From positions 1,178,001-1,242,000 of the forward strand of contig NIVC01000023.1 in assembly GCA_002269645.1 (NCBI GenBank): a stretch of 64,000 bases of DNA. Reading direction: 5' to 3'. The notes under the pieces are model-generated. The model worked only from the letters and a program-made list of their open reading frames with translations. It did not search any database and was not told where the DNA came from. The translations under genes were made by a program, and so were the position numbers. Within the stretch, counting starts at the first letter, position 1. Every line of letters starts with the position of its first letter. Below, one piece after another: positions 10,901-22,261 of the stretch. The stretch comes from Macrostomum lignano. Taxonomy: Eukaryota.

Positions 10901-13900
10901 GTGCCGATCGTCAATCAATGTGAATCAGTGACGATTCTCAATGTGAATCAGTGGCGATTGTCAATCAATGTGAATCAGTGGCGATTGTCAATCAATGTGA
11001 ATCAGTGCCGATTGTCAATCAATGTGAATCAGTGCCGATTGTCAATCAATGTGAATCAGTGCCGATTGTCAATCAATGTGAATCAGTGCCGATTGTCAAT
11101 CAATGTGAATCAGTGAGGATTCTCAATGTGAATCAGTGACGATTCTCAATGTGAATCAGGGGGATTCTCAATGTGAATCAGTGGCGATTGTCAATCAATG
11201 TGAATCAGTGGCGATTGTCAATCAATGTGAATCAGTGCCGATTCTCAATGTGAATCAGTGCCGATTGTCAATCAATGTGAATCAGTGACGATTCTCAATG
11301 TGAATCAGTGGCGATTGTCAATCAATGTGAATCAGTGCCGATTGTCAATCAATGTGAATCAGTGACGATTCTCAATGTGAATCAGTGGCGATTGTCAATC
11401 AATGTGAATCAGTGGCGATTGTCAATCAATGTGAATCAGTGCCGATTGTCAATCAATGTGAATCAGTGCCGATTGTCAATCAATGTGAATCAGTGCCGAT
11501 TGTCAATCAATGTGAATCAGTGCCGATTGTCAATCAATGTGAATCAGTGAGGATTCTCAATGTGAATCAGTGACGATTCTCAATGTGAATCAGTGACGAT
11601 TCTCAATGTGAATCAGTGACGATTCTCAATGTGAATCAGTGACGATTGTCAATCAATGTGAATCAGTGGCGATTGTCAATCAATGTGAATCAGTGCCGAT
11701 TCTCAATGTGAATCAGTGCCGATTGTCAATCAATGTGAATCAGTGACGATTCTCAATGTGAATCAGTGGCGATTGTCAATCAATGTGAATCAGTGCCGAT
11801 TGTCAATCAATGTGAATCAGTGCCGATTGTCAATCAATGTGAATCAGTGCCGATTGTCAATCAATGTGAATCAGTGCCGATTGTCAATCAATGTGAATCA
11901 GTGCCGATTGTCAATCAATGTGAATCAGTGCCGATTGTCAATCAATGTGAATCAGTGCCGATTGTCAATCAATGTGAATCAGTGCCGATTGTCAATCAAT
12001 GTGAATCAGTGCCGATTGTCAATCAATGTGAATCAGTGCCGATTGTCAATCAATGTGAATCAGTGCCGATTGTCAATCAATGTGAATCAGTGCCGATTGT
12101 CAATCAATGTGAATCAGTGCCGATTGTCAATCAATGTGAATCGGTGCCGATTCTCAATATGAATCAGTGCCGATTGTCAATCAATGTGAATCGGTGCCGA
12201 TTCTCAATATGAATCAGTGCCGATTGTCAATCAATGTGAATCAGTGCCGATTGTCAATCAATGTGAATCAGTGCCGACTCTCTGTACTTGATTAACTAAT
12301 AGAATAATGGATTCCATGCATAACTATCACATTGTCACCTGGCGCAAAGCTGCCGCAGCCGCAGGCGCTCCCGACGGTTCCCAGCATACTCTGCCAGCAC
12401 CCGGCGCAGTAGATTGCTCGGTGGCTGTCGAATATCAACGTAGCGCAGCAGCAGGCTGGCCAGAGTCACCGGCCTGTCCGCAGGCGGCAGATGGTCCGGC
12501 GCCTTCTTGCCGCCGCTGCAAACCAGTCGAACAACCCGACGGCCGTCGACGCCGAGACGGTGCAGCAGATCGTCGACCTCTTGGGGACAGTTGGCCGGGC
12601 AGAGCGAGATGGCATCGCCAGGCGCCAGACTGTGCGCCCAGGCTCCGGCGCCAGACACATCAAGACTAACGCGCCAGATTCGTTTTGGCGCCGCAGACGA
12701 AGATAACTCGTCTAGCGCTAATAGAGGCGCTAAATATGTGGCGCCGCCTCCGCCGATGGCGCCGGGCGGTCGACCGAAAGCGCCGCCAGCGCCGCCGTCA
12801 CCGCACAACTCCGAATCGGCAGCATCGGCAGCGTCAGCAGTTACGGAAGCGGCTCCATCGTCAGCCGGATGATCAACCAGGCTGAGGTAGCGAGCCGGCA
12901 GCGGTGGGACAGCCAGGCTGGCCTCGTCTGGCCACGCAACACCCTCGAGATCATCGCCGAAAACCTATAGGAACGCGAGCAGAGCAGAGGAAATCTTTGT
13001 GTCGGAATAATGGCTTGATAATAAGCTCAGTTGGTACGGGTGGGGCTGCGGGGAAAAGCGTCTTCGCTCGCGCATCACCACCCACTTGGTTTGAATCCGC
13101 GGCCATATTAATTTGGGGCTTGTGTGCTCGAAAATTGACCGTGGAGGTTGTCGTGCGGTCATGCAGGCCCACCCTTCAAGGCATATAGAGATGTACATGC
13201 CTGACGATTGGGAAGTTTTAAGGGCTGCTGTACACCCTGTGTGAGTGCGTGCCTGCGAACAGTATTGGCGCTTGTGTGCCCAGGAGTCAGCGCAATGGGC
13301 AGAGTTGACTCATGCAAAGGGTGCACACAGACCTCCTGCAAGTATACTCTACAGCCAGTTTGCTCCAAATGACCCTCGTTAGGAGTCGCATTCTTAAACG
13401 AGCACAATACATTGATTGGTTTCTGTACTTCGCTGAGCCAGGACGATAAGCCGTTCTTATTAGAGACAGGGGGCTGCGTGGATTCTGGCCCACTTCAAGC
13501 GACATTGGCACACAAGCGCTCGGATACGTACGCAGGCACACACACAGGCACACACTCACACAGGAGTGTACACCGGCCCTAACTTAATTTATCGTTAGGC
13601 ATGTACACTTCACTGCGCCTTGGGGGTTGGCCAAGCCGAGATTCCAATTTAGCCTAAAATTAATGTGACTGCACTTGGATTCGAGCCTGGACCGCTGGCA
13701 CACCAGAGCGCCGCGCTGGACTACCAGGCTACGGAACAACCTGACAAAATTTCGTAGACAAACACTTATTTAAAGTTCTATTTAACACACTTCACAAGAC
13801 TCGATTCACATTCTTACCATGCTACTCTTCAGTAGGCGATCTCTTCCTAGACACAGAATAATAAAAACTCAAATCGGAGTTCTTGACGCTAAAAGTATTT

Positions 13901-14686
13901 TCAGGGAAGGATTTCGAAGGAATAGACACATCGGGAAGTGACTGCAACCCTGGAAATGCACTTAGACAGACGATCACACGGAATGTTACAGCAGACCTGA
14001 CTTTCTCATGGCCCTAATGTCAAGAAGCCCTACATACTCATAGGCCGATGTTCGTGCATAAGACGAAAAAAATTGTAAGCAGCACTCACTGGGCCATCGT
14101 CGGAGTTATCGCAGCCAATGTCCGCATTGATATCAAGGGCACCAGATCCAGCACCTGTCAGACTAATACCAGCCATATTATCAACAATCTTAGCGTCGTC
14201 TTTAACATCAGAAGCGGCATCGGCGGCAATCAAAGCATCCACAGCTGGCCAGAGTCGCTCTAGAAACGGTCCAACAGTGAGTTCCAAGCCGACTGCATCG
14301 TCAGCCAAAGCGGTTGGCAGAAACAGTTCGGCGCCCAACGATTTAAGCTTAGTCTCAATGGTTTGCGGGCATTTGCCAAAGCTAGTGTAGTTGGTATCGC
14401 CCAGGCCTAGCAAAGAGAATCGAATATGGCTGTAGGCATCGGCTGGCAGATCCGACCGGCTCAGCAGGCGGACAAATTTAGCCGCATTATCCGGTGCGTC
14501 CCCATCGCCAGTGGATGAACACACTATGATAAGCCGACGGACCGTTGCTAGGTCTAACTGTTCGTTGCAGGTGCGCAGTTCAACGCGAATCTTCGGTCGA
14601 GTCTGCAACTCCGAAGCGATGTCCTCTGCGATGGCCTGCGCTTGGCCAGTCTGACTGCCGTAGAGAATGTGCCAGGTGGCCGGCAT
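7950..14686 (-). CDS. MTRR: Methionine synthase reductase; exons 14686-14090, 12964-12339, 10197-10078, 9452-9147, 8406-7950 (2106 nt, 701 aa)
   Basis: Flavodoxin motifs (ILYGSQTGQAQAIAE, TGDGDAPD, GLGDTNY, ADDAVGLELTV), FAD/NADPH motifs (RPYSLA, IGPGTG, HGCRRPDWDF), C-terminus RYKEDVWS. All four introns are GT-AG and phase-consistent. Confidence 0.95.
8540..9018. repeat. Polypurine (GGAGA/GA)n low-complexity tract in MTRR intron 4
   Basis: Almost pure G/A sequence. Confidence 0.95.
9482..9790. repeat. ~23-bp minisatellite (GGCCGATTCTGGGACGGGTTTTT) in MTRR intron 3
   Basis: About 13 tandem units. Confidence 0.95.
10240..12280. repeat. 27/23-bp minisatellite array (CAATGTGAATCAGTGCCGATTGTCAAT / CAATGTGAATCAGTGACGATTCT) in MTRR intron 2
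   Basis: About 2 kb of two interleaved unit types. Confidence 0.97.
13030..13400 (+). mobile_element. tRNA-derived SINE-like repeat (second subfamily) in MTRR intron 1
   Basis: GTGGGGCTGCGG then GGTTTGAATCC B-box-like motif; aligns by eye with 49435-49740. Confidence 0.55.
13405..13730 (-). mobile_element. tRNA-derived SINE-like repeat in MTRR intron 1
   Basis: Minus strand TGGTAGTCCAGCG and GGCTCGAATCC; shares GTACATGCCTAACGATAAA core with 7370-7762. Confidence 0.65.
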
Positions 14687-14760
14687 GACTTGTTTCAGTA
14701 TGCGATAATTTCGCTTCCTTAGCATCAATGGCGTCAGGGTCTGCTTTCTGTACTGTGTGG

Positions 14761-15183
14761 GACTGACTGACTGACTGACTGACTGACTGACTGACTGGCT
14801 GACTGACTGACTGTGTGACTGACTGACTGGCTGACTGACTGACTGGCTGACTGACTGACTGACTGACTGACTGACTGGCTGACTGACTGGCTGACTGACT
14901 GACTGCACTGAAGGGCTGACTGACTGTGTGACTGACAAGGGCTGACTGACTAACTGACTGACTGACTGACTGACTGACTGACTGACTGACTGACTAACTG
15001 ACTGACTGACTGACTGGCTGACTGACTGACTGACTGACTGACTGACTAACTGACTGACTGACTGACTGACTGACTGGCTGGCTGACTGACTGACTGACTG
15101 ACTGACTGACTGATTGACTGACTGACTGACTGACTAACTGACTGACTGACTGACTGACTAACTGACTGACAAGGGCTGACTAA
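14761..15183. repeat. (GACT)n tetranucleotide microsatellite upstream of the MTRR start
   Basis: About 100 units. Confidence 0.97.
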
Positions 15184-15838
15184 CTAACCTAAAGTTATTT
15201 TTAAAGGAAAAGCACTTAAGATTTTTTTTGATAATACAGCGATCAGCACAGTACAGAGAGTGAATATTAAAGCCAAATAATAAATTGTATATAATAATTT
15301 TGCTTAAAATTACACATGCGTTCAAGGTTATACACGCTAGACAATAAACTATAAAGTACAGCATGATACCTCATAATTCATTATTAACATACACTTATTA
15401 ATAACAGACCTTACTAAATGGAACTACCACAATTAATATAAGAAGGTTTGCATACAGTTACGAAGCATAATAAAAATAGCCAAATTCTTTTCAATATTAT
15501 AATTCATACGTACAAGGCATATACAATAGCTATAAGATATATATAAGAACTTAAAATTTCGTAAACCTACAATAGAATCAGACAATATTTTCAAAATTGA
15601 AATTGCTTTTAAAAAACGAAAATTTGTCGAAGGCTTATGAATTTTTCGGGAATTAGACCTGCGCTTGTACATATACTCGTAATAAGCTATATTCCCAATA
15701 CATAACAATCCCAGTTGCTAAGGGATGAAGTGGCGTAAAATGCAAGAGAAAATACATGTATGTAATTCCCGTACCTCAGGGTACTCTAACTCTAATAAGT
15801 CAAGAGCAATCCGGGATTTTCGTAATTCTAGGGATAGC

Positions 15839-16015
15839 TTATGAGCGATTCTATGAGTGGTTTATGAGTGATTCTATGAGTGGTTTATGAGCGATTCAAT
15901 GGATGGTTTATGAGCGATTCTAGGGGTTGTTTATGAGCGATTTTGGAGTGGTTTATGAGCGATTTTTGGGGTGGTTTATGAGCGATTCTAGGGGTGGTTT
16001 ATGAGCGATTCTAAA
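15839..16015. repeat. 22-bp minisatellite (TTATGAGCGATTCTATGAGTGGT-like)
   Basis: About 8 degenerate units. Confidence 0.85.
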
Positions 16016-16210
16016 GGTAGTTTTGGGTGCTTAGAAAAGTTTTCCTGATCGAGCTAGGACCTAGGATCCTGCGAGTTCGAGGATGAGGATTAGATCTAAT
16101 TAACTGGGCAACCTTAAATTATGCAGAGGTTTGTAACTGGATCAAAACTTTCCGAGTCCTTCCTGTCAAATCTAGATGCATGAGAATCTCATCTTATTTA
16201 ACACAATTCA

Positions 16211-17588
16211 CTAAAAGCCAACAGAACGCCGTGGCCGCATCAACCAGCCCATAATCTTGAACAGGAAGTACAGCCCAATAGCCGGGTACAGCACCAGCTC
16301 CCGCCGTCTGCGCTGCTCATTCTCCGACTCTAGAGCTTCCAGTCGTTTCTGCAGCCGCAGCAGAGCCATGTTCAGATTGCCGCCAACCGGGGCGGCCCCA
16401 GCGGCCGAGGCGGCGACCAGGGCTCCGGGGTCGGAGGCGTCGCTGCCGCCGGGGTTGCGCTTGCGCCGGGGCCTGTCGCTGGGGTTTCGATTTGGAAACA
16501 CATCGGTTGAAAAAGGTGAGTGATTGATTTTTCAAGCTTTTGGAGAGAAGACGATCTGGGAGGCTGGCACAGCGACTGAGGATCTGGGAGGCTGGCACAG
16601 CGACTGAGGATCTGGGAGGCTGGCACAGCGACTGAGGATCTGGGAGGCTGGCACAGCGACTGAGGATCTGGGAGGCTGGCACAGCGACTGAGGATCTGGG
16701 AGGCTGGCACAGCGACTGAGGATCTGGGAGGCTGGCACAGCGACTGAGGATCTGGGAGGCTGGCCTAGCAACTGACACTCTGGAGAAGCTGGCCCAGCAA
16801 CTGACACTCTGGTAGGCTGGACCAGCAACTGACACTCTGGGAGGCTGGCCCAGCAACTGACACTCTGGGAGGCTGGCCCAGCAACTGACACTCTGGTAGG
16901 CTGGACCAGCAACTGACACTCTGGGAGGCTGGCCAAAGTGACTGAGGATGTGGGAGGCTGGCCTAGCAACTGACAATCTAGAGAAGCTGGCCCAGCAACT
17001 GACACTCTGGTAGGCTGGACCAGCAACTGACACTCTGGGAGGCTGGACCAGCAACTGACACTCTGGGAGGCTGGCCCAGCAACTGACACTCTGGGAGGCT
17101 GGCCCAACGACTCAGAATCTGGGAGGCTGGGTCAGCAACTGAGGATCAGGGAGGCTGGCCCAGCAACTGGGGATCTGGGAGGCTGGAGAAGGACCCAAAA
17201 CTGGCAAGAGTCCCAACCGAATACAGCAAAGCAGGCACCTCTCCGACTGCTCAGGCTGTATATCTGGGTAGCGCACCCGGTCCAGAGTGATGGTGTCGGG
17301 TGGCGACTCCACCGAGATGAGGTCGCCGGGCCTGACCTGGATGCTGGGGTCCAGCGGATCGTAGCTCGGGTCACTGGCGTCCCCAGCCTCGCCAGTGGCC
17401 AGAATGCGATCTGGGATGCTCATGTCTACCACGATGCGGCTAAAACCGGAGCCCGGATAATCTGAGTCAACTCCGAATCCCTTGGACGAGGAGTCCAGCG
17501 CGCCCTGGGCGCCGATTCTCTCGGGAATGCGCATATCCCTGCTGACGTCCTCGGAGAACTTGTGACTTTCGTACAGATTGGAGCTCAT
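16211..17588 (-). CDS. MFF: Mitochondrial fission factor; exons 17588-17239 and 16478-16211 (205 aa)
   Basis: Two N-terminal repeats (FSEDVSRDMRIPERI, DMSIPDRILATG), SPPDTITL motif, coiled coil LQKRLEALESENEQRRRRE followed by a C-terminal TM tail. Confidence 0.9.
16550..17190. repeat. 28-bp minisatellite (two variants) in the Mff intron
   Basis: GATCTGGGAGGCTGGCACAGCGACTGAG and CAACTGACACTCTGGGAGGCTGGCCCAG units. Confidence 0.93.
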
Positions 17589-17692
17589 CTGGCTGTACTG
17601 TAAGAAAGTTACAAAACTCGCATCTGTATTTTAGATGCTTTGTTCTACTGTACTGAATGTAGAATATCGATATTTTCGGGTTACTGCAGATT

Positions 17693-18016
17693 GCCTGTCA
17701 ACTTAGGCTCATAAAGTGGAGCCCGAGTAACCTATGTACACAAACGATATGTCATTCTGCTCACAGTGACACCAGGAAGCAAAAATTGGACCTGGGATAG
17801 GAAAGAACAAGCAAGGGGACTATTAGGGACAATTACATAAACTTAAGCTCATAAGGAGGAGTTGCCAATTGTCCCCTTGCTTGTTCTCTTCAATCTCAGG
17901 TCCAATTTTTGTAACTTTTTTCCAAACCCAGCTTCTTGGTGTCACTGAGCAGAATGACGTATCGCTTGTGTACATAGGTTACTCGGGCTCCACTTTATAA
18001 GCCTAAGTTGACAGGC
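17693..18016. mobile_element. Hairpin MITE with ~130-bp imperfect TIRs
   Basis: GCCTGTCAACTTAGGCT...GTGACACC at left is the reverse complement of GGTGTCAC...TAAGTTGACAGGC at right; TSD not evident. Confidence 0.8.
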
Positions 18017-19516
18017 CCTACATATTTGTATAACTACATATTTGTAGTTTGTATCTGATGAAAAGGGTATATAGGCCTACAAGCGTCCCAGATTAACTTG
18101 TGTCATCCTAGAGTTGACTCTAAAACAATGAGATGCCTTAGTAGAAGTCGACAAAAAGTCATCAAAGAAATGCCTATGAGTCAATTTGAGGCATATATTC
18201 TCTGCAACTCTGAAATGACTTTGAGGCTATAGAGTCATATCTGATGCATGAGAGAATCACTGTAGAATCATTTGTAGTTGCCTCTAAAGTGCATCTGTAT
18301 CCCTTTATGAATTAAAAACACTTTTTTTGCATTTATAACCTTGTGTATTTTGTCTACTTTAGTTAAATACTCGTACTAACACAATGACTCTTGGTAGACT
18401 CTTTTACAATTTTACAACTCATGTGATGCACTTATGACTCAACAGTTGCCTTTCTATCACTGTTGGCCATTGGCTCTTGTTACAAAAAACAAATTCAGTG
18501 GGGTTAGCAACTATAATAAGTATCTATGACTATAGTAGCTACAAATATGCCTGTGAAAAGCAATTGCTCAAATGGCTGCAACTACAATAATATGGTAGTT
18601 TAAATATTTTCAAAAAAATTACCATAGTATTATTTTTAAATTTTGAATTTTTAGAAAAAATAAAAGTACTTCAAAATAGTAGCTAGCATAGATTAATAAG
18701 AAAGCAACATTGTATGACAAAATTGAGACAAGCAAGACAAAAATAGTATGCTAAAAACTTAAACTTTTTATAAGAGCAAATAGCAGAAAAAAATGTTTTG
18801 CTATATTTTGACTATTACCTATGGGTCCATGAGAATTGCCTGCAGTCTGCAGATGAATTGCTTGCAGGCAATTTGCACTGCCAGCAAATCTTGGTGAGAA
18901 AACATAAATGCATAACCCCCTGATTTACACTGGCCATGCAATTTACTTTTTGACCAAAAATGTAACTTACCTGTGAAAGAAACACTGGGGCAAAAGTTAA
19001 TGCAATTTTGGGTAAATGGTAGGCATAACTATGATTGCCTTATTAAGGTTAAATGTCTTATCAGATAATTAGTATTTTATCTATTCTTTTGGGTGGGCAT
19101 TTTTGCAACTTACCCCTGGTCTCCCACAATTTATGGTGGCCAGATTGGCCAAGTTGGCTAGCAGTTGCACATATATATGGGAAAAGCTCAGTAGGCAAAT
19201 CTCCTACTGGCAAATCTTAGTAGGCAATTTATTTGTAGGCAATTCTTGTGCTCTTAGTATCTATTCTATATTGTAAGTAGTAACTTAATTTTAAGAGGTA
19301 TGATAAAATGATAAAATATGATAATAGTTTTTTATAAAAATTTCAACTGTATTTTTTAATCTAAAGAGCATTTTGCTTTGTATAGGCCTAGCTTTGCTTT
19401 GTATACAATTAAAATTGTTTTTTTCTTGGGTTTAATTATTTAATGCTCATTGTTTTTTGGTCTTTTACTTCAATAAACTTCAAGTTTTTCTTTTTTAAGT
19501 TTTTATAAATTACAAT

Positions 19517-20247
19517 ACCAGGATGGAATTTTTGCTTAGGGGAAAGAAAATGTGCACACATTTTTGGAACATTGCGCAAGTGCACACGCCAGCTGTAAAA
19601 ATAATTAGTCATAATGCAATCATGGCCTTTATGCTAAAAATGAAATTTCTAGTTTTTCAATTCCATGTTGACATAACTTAAAAAAATGTACTCCAAGTGT
19701 AAAGTAGCTCTTATTTATGTGAAAACTCCACTTCAGGGGTAAGACCCCCCAAAGGCAGAGAGCTTGTATCTAATATACCTGGCCAACAATAAAGGTTGTC
19801 TGACAAAGCGTAAGCTAATCAAACGCACGCGTGCAGGTGTACACCTGCACTGTACATTACACTGAGGGGAGCAACTGAGCAGACCCACGCTACCACAGCT
19901 ACATTTTTAGAGAAAATATATTTTTTTAAATTATAAAAGTTTCACTAAACTTTAAAGTAACTGTTTTTGCCAAAAACTGTTATTCCTTGTTTTACTTTTG
20001 TTTAAAAATTTTCTGGTATAAAAACAACCTAGACCATGAAAAGTAAGAAAACTTGAGTGCACATATGCTCTATAACCATGTTGTATACTTATAAAAGTCA
20101 AATCCTGTCTATGATTCTGTGGCAAATAGCTTTTTGCATAAGTTTATACGATCAAGCGCGCATATACCTTCTTTGAGAGTGCACAAGTAGGCCCCTTTTA
20201 GCATACACAAATGTGTAACAACTTTTGTGCAAGAATTCCATCCTGGT
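19517..20247. mobile_element. Putative MITE with ~19-bp TIRs
   Basis: ACCAGGATGGAATTTTTGC ... GCAAGAATTCCATCCTGGT. Confidence 0.55.
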
Positions 20248-22261
20248 TTTAATATTTTTTTTCTAACTAATCTAGGCCCTAGTTTTTTTGAGAGTTTGCA
20301 AAATGGCTAGCAATGCCTTTTGCTAGTTATGACAAAATTGCATAAAGTTTATCAAAGTAAATATATATAGGTAGGCCCTAGGCATATGCCGCATATAGCT
20401 CCTGGCTTTCAATAAAAAATAAGCCACCATTGTTCATTATAAATATAAGCAAAATGCTAGGCCTATGCTAATGATAGAGAAACAAATCATTAGGCTTCAA
20501 GTATAGGTATAGCTATGTCTATATTCTAGTTATTGAAATTGGCTTTTGTCCTATAGGCCCTAACATTTAGCCTATGAGTTGTCTTTAAACTAAAGCATTT
20601 AATATGCAGTCATAGGGCATACAGTCCCTAATGACAATGCCTAATTAGCTAATAGTATATAATAGGCATTCTAGGCCTACAATTTTGCATAAATCAATAT
20701 GAATTCATGAATTGTTATTTCAAGAGTTATATAATTAAATTATAAAGTTATCATAGGGTCTAAAACAATTATACTAATCAAGGGCCTACCTTGCCTTGGT
20801 TGGTTAGGCCTATAAAGATACTAAAATTGTATAAAGATACTTAGGGCATAGTCAAGCAAGACAAAACCAAAATATGAAATAAAACTGTTTTAGGCCTAGC
20901 CGCCTAGTAGGCCTAGGGCATAAAGCCATAATAATCATATATTTATAATAATCCTAGGCCTATTTCAATAGGCCTATTAGACCCAAACAATAAAGCTAGA
21001 AGCTAGGCGGCCTAGGCCTACTACTGACCACTGCGACTGATTTCGAGCAATCCAGCATTGGTAACAATATGGCAAGATGTTAATCATGGCCTAATAATGC
21101 AACAGCAATAATTAGACTAACATGCGGCATGCGCATGATTAACAAAAAACATCAATTGACAATGTTGCCCACTGTTTCGATAGTAAAACTTGAAGCCCTA
21201 AGCTTGGCCCAACTCTACGTTGTTCATATAATTAATTAAAGAGATTATATATAGGGACCTATACCGAATCCGAAATACTGCTTAAACGCTTGCTTACGCA
21301 CCTTGACACACGGTTGCGGTGTCGGAATTTTTTCCAAGAATGGCTAAGGTTGGTATTGCAAATTTTCCGTAATTTAAGCAAATCCAGGGTCTAGTTTAAA
21401 AAATATACCTCTTCGTCGTTAATTCTTTGGAACCTCGGTATAGTTGTCTTTTTGTAGTGGAGTGATGTCATTGCTTTTTACTATTATAACTGTCTGCATT
21501 TTTCATGTATATTCACTGCCATTTGCAGAGCTATATCATTCTAAAGCCTTATTAATTTTTTTAAGTTCTTCCATTCAAGCTACAAAATGCATCCACAAGT
21601 AGAGTTTGGTGTTTTTTGGTGTCTCAAAGCTTTGGGCACGTCTTTTGCCAGTCGTGCTTCTACAAAACATGTACGACTATGGTTTGAATGAAATCATTGA
21701 AGTGGGGTCAATCACAAAGTTTTAAAAGTGCCTGCATCCGAAACAACACCCTTTTATTACAGATAGCCGGCTGGAGCACCGCCCCTGCTGAGCGCTATTA
21801 CTGCACCGGCGCCGTCAGATGCTGCTGGCCACTGCCTCCGGAGCCTGGCTGCATGCAGCTGTGCAACCCCCCCCCCCGTTCCCTCAATCTGGCCCTCATC
21901 ACGCTGCACCGGACGACCGAGCGCAACTGCGCCTTAATTGGTCAGGCCCGCACTGCATGCCACTCTGACTTGACTTGCTTGCTTCATCATGCACTGACTT
22001 TGCAGGTGCTTCACGCTGCTGACCCCTTAGGGTGCTGCTGCCTGCCACGTACTCCTTCCCGCCTGTTTAGCTCCCCAGAGGGGTCTCCTCTCTCCGCCGT
22101 CGCGTATTAATTAAATTTAGAATAAAATAAAATAAATTAAATTAAAAAGTACGTACCTCTGGAATAAACTTCCAGGATTGTGAGCTGCATGGGCATGCAA
22201 GTTGTGGGGCATTGATTTCAGCCAGCAGCAATATTCAGGCGCGTCGCCACCCAGGGGGGGG

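Noticed and set aside
10321-12212. Periodic ORFs (IVNQCESVP…, RLSINVNQC…)
   Set aside because: Translations of an intronic minisatellite whose unit length is a multiple of 3; open in several frames.
14687-14938. N-terminal SQSV-repeat extension of the MTRR ORF
   Set aside because: Read-through into the (GACT)n microsatellite; homology starts at Met 14686.
18830-19250. Weak inverted repeat (AGAATTGCCT) and TAGGCCTA clusters at 20880-21020 and 26660-27010
   Set aside because: Too short or degenerate to define an element by eye.
21688-22110. GC-rich patch with a 140-aa ORF
   Set aside because: No recognisable domain or consistent splice structure.
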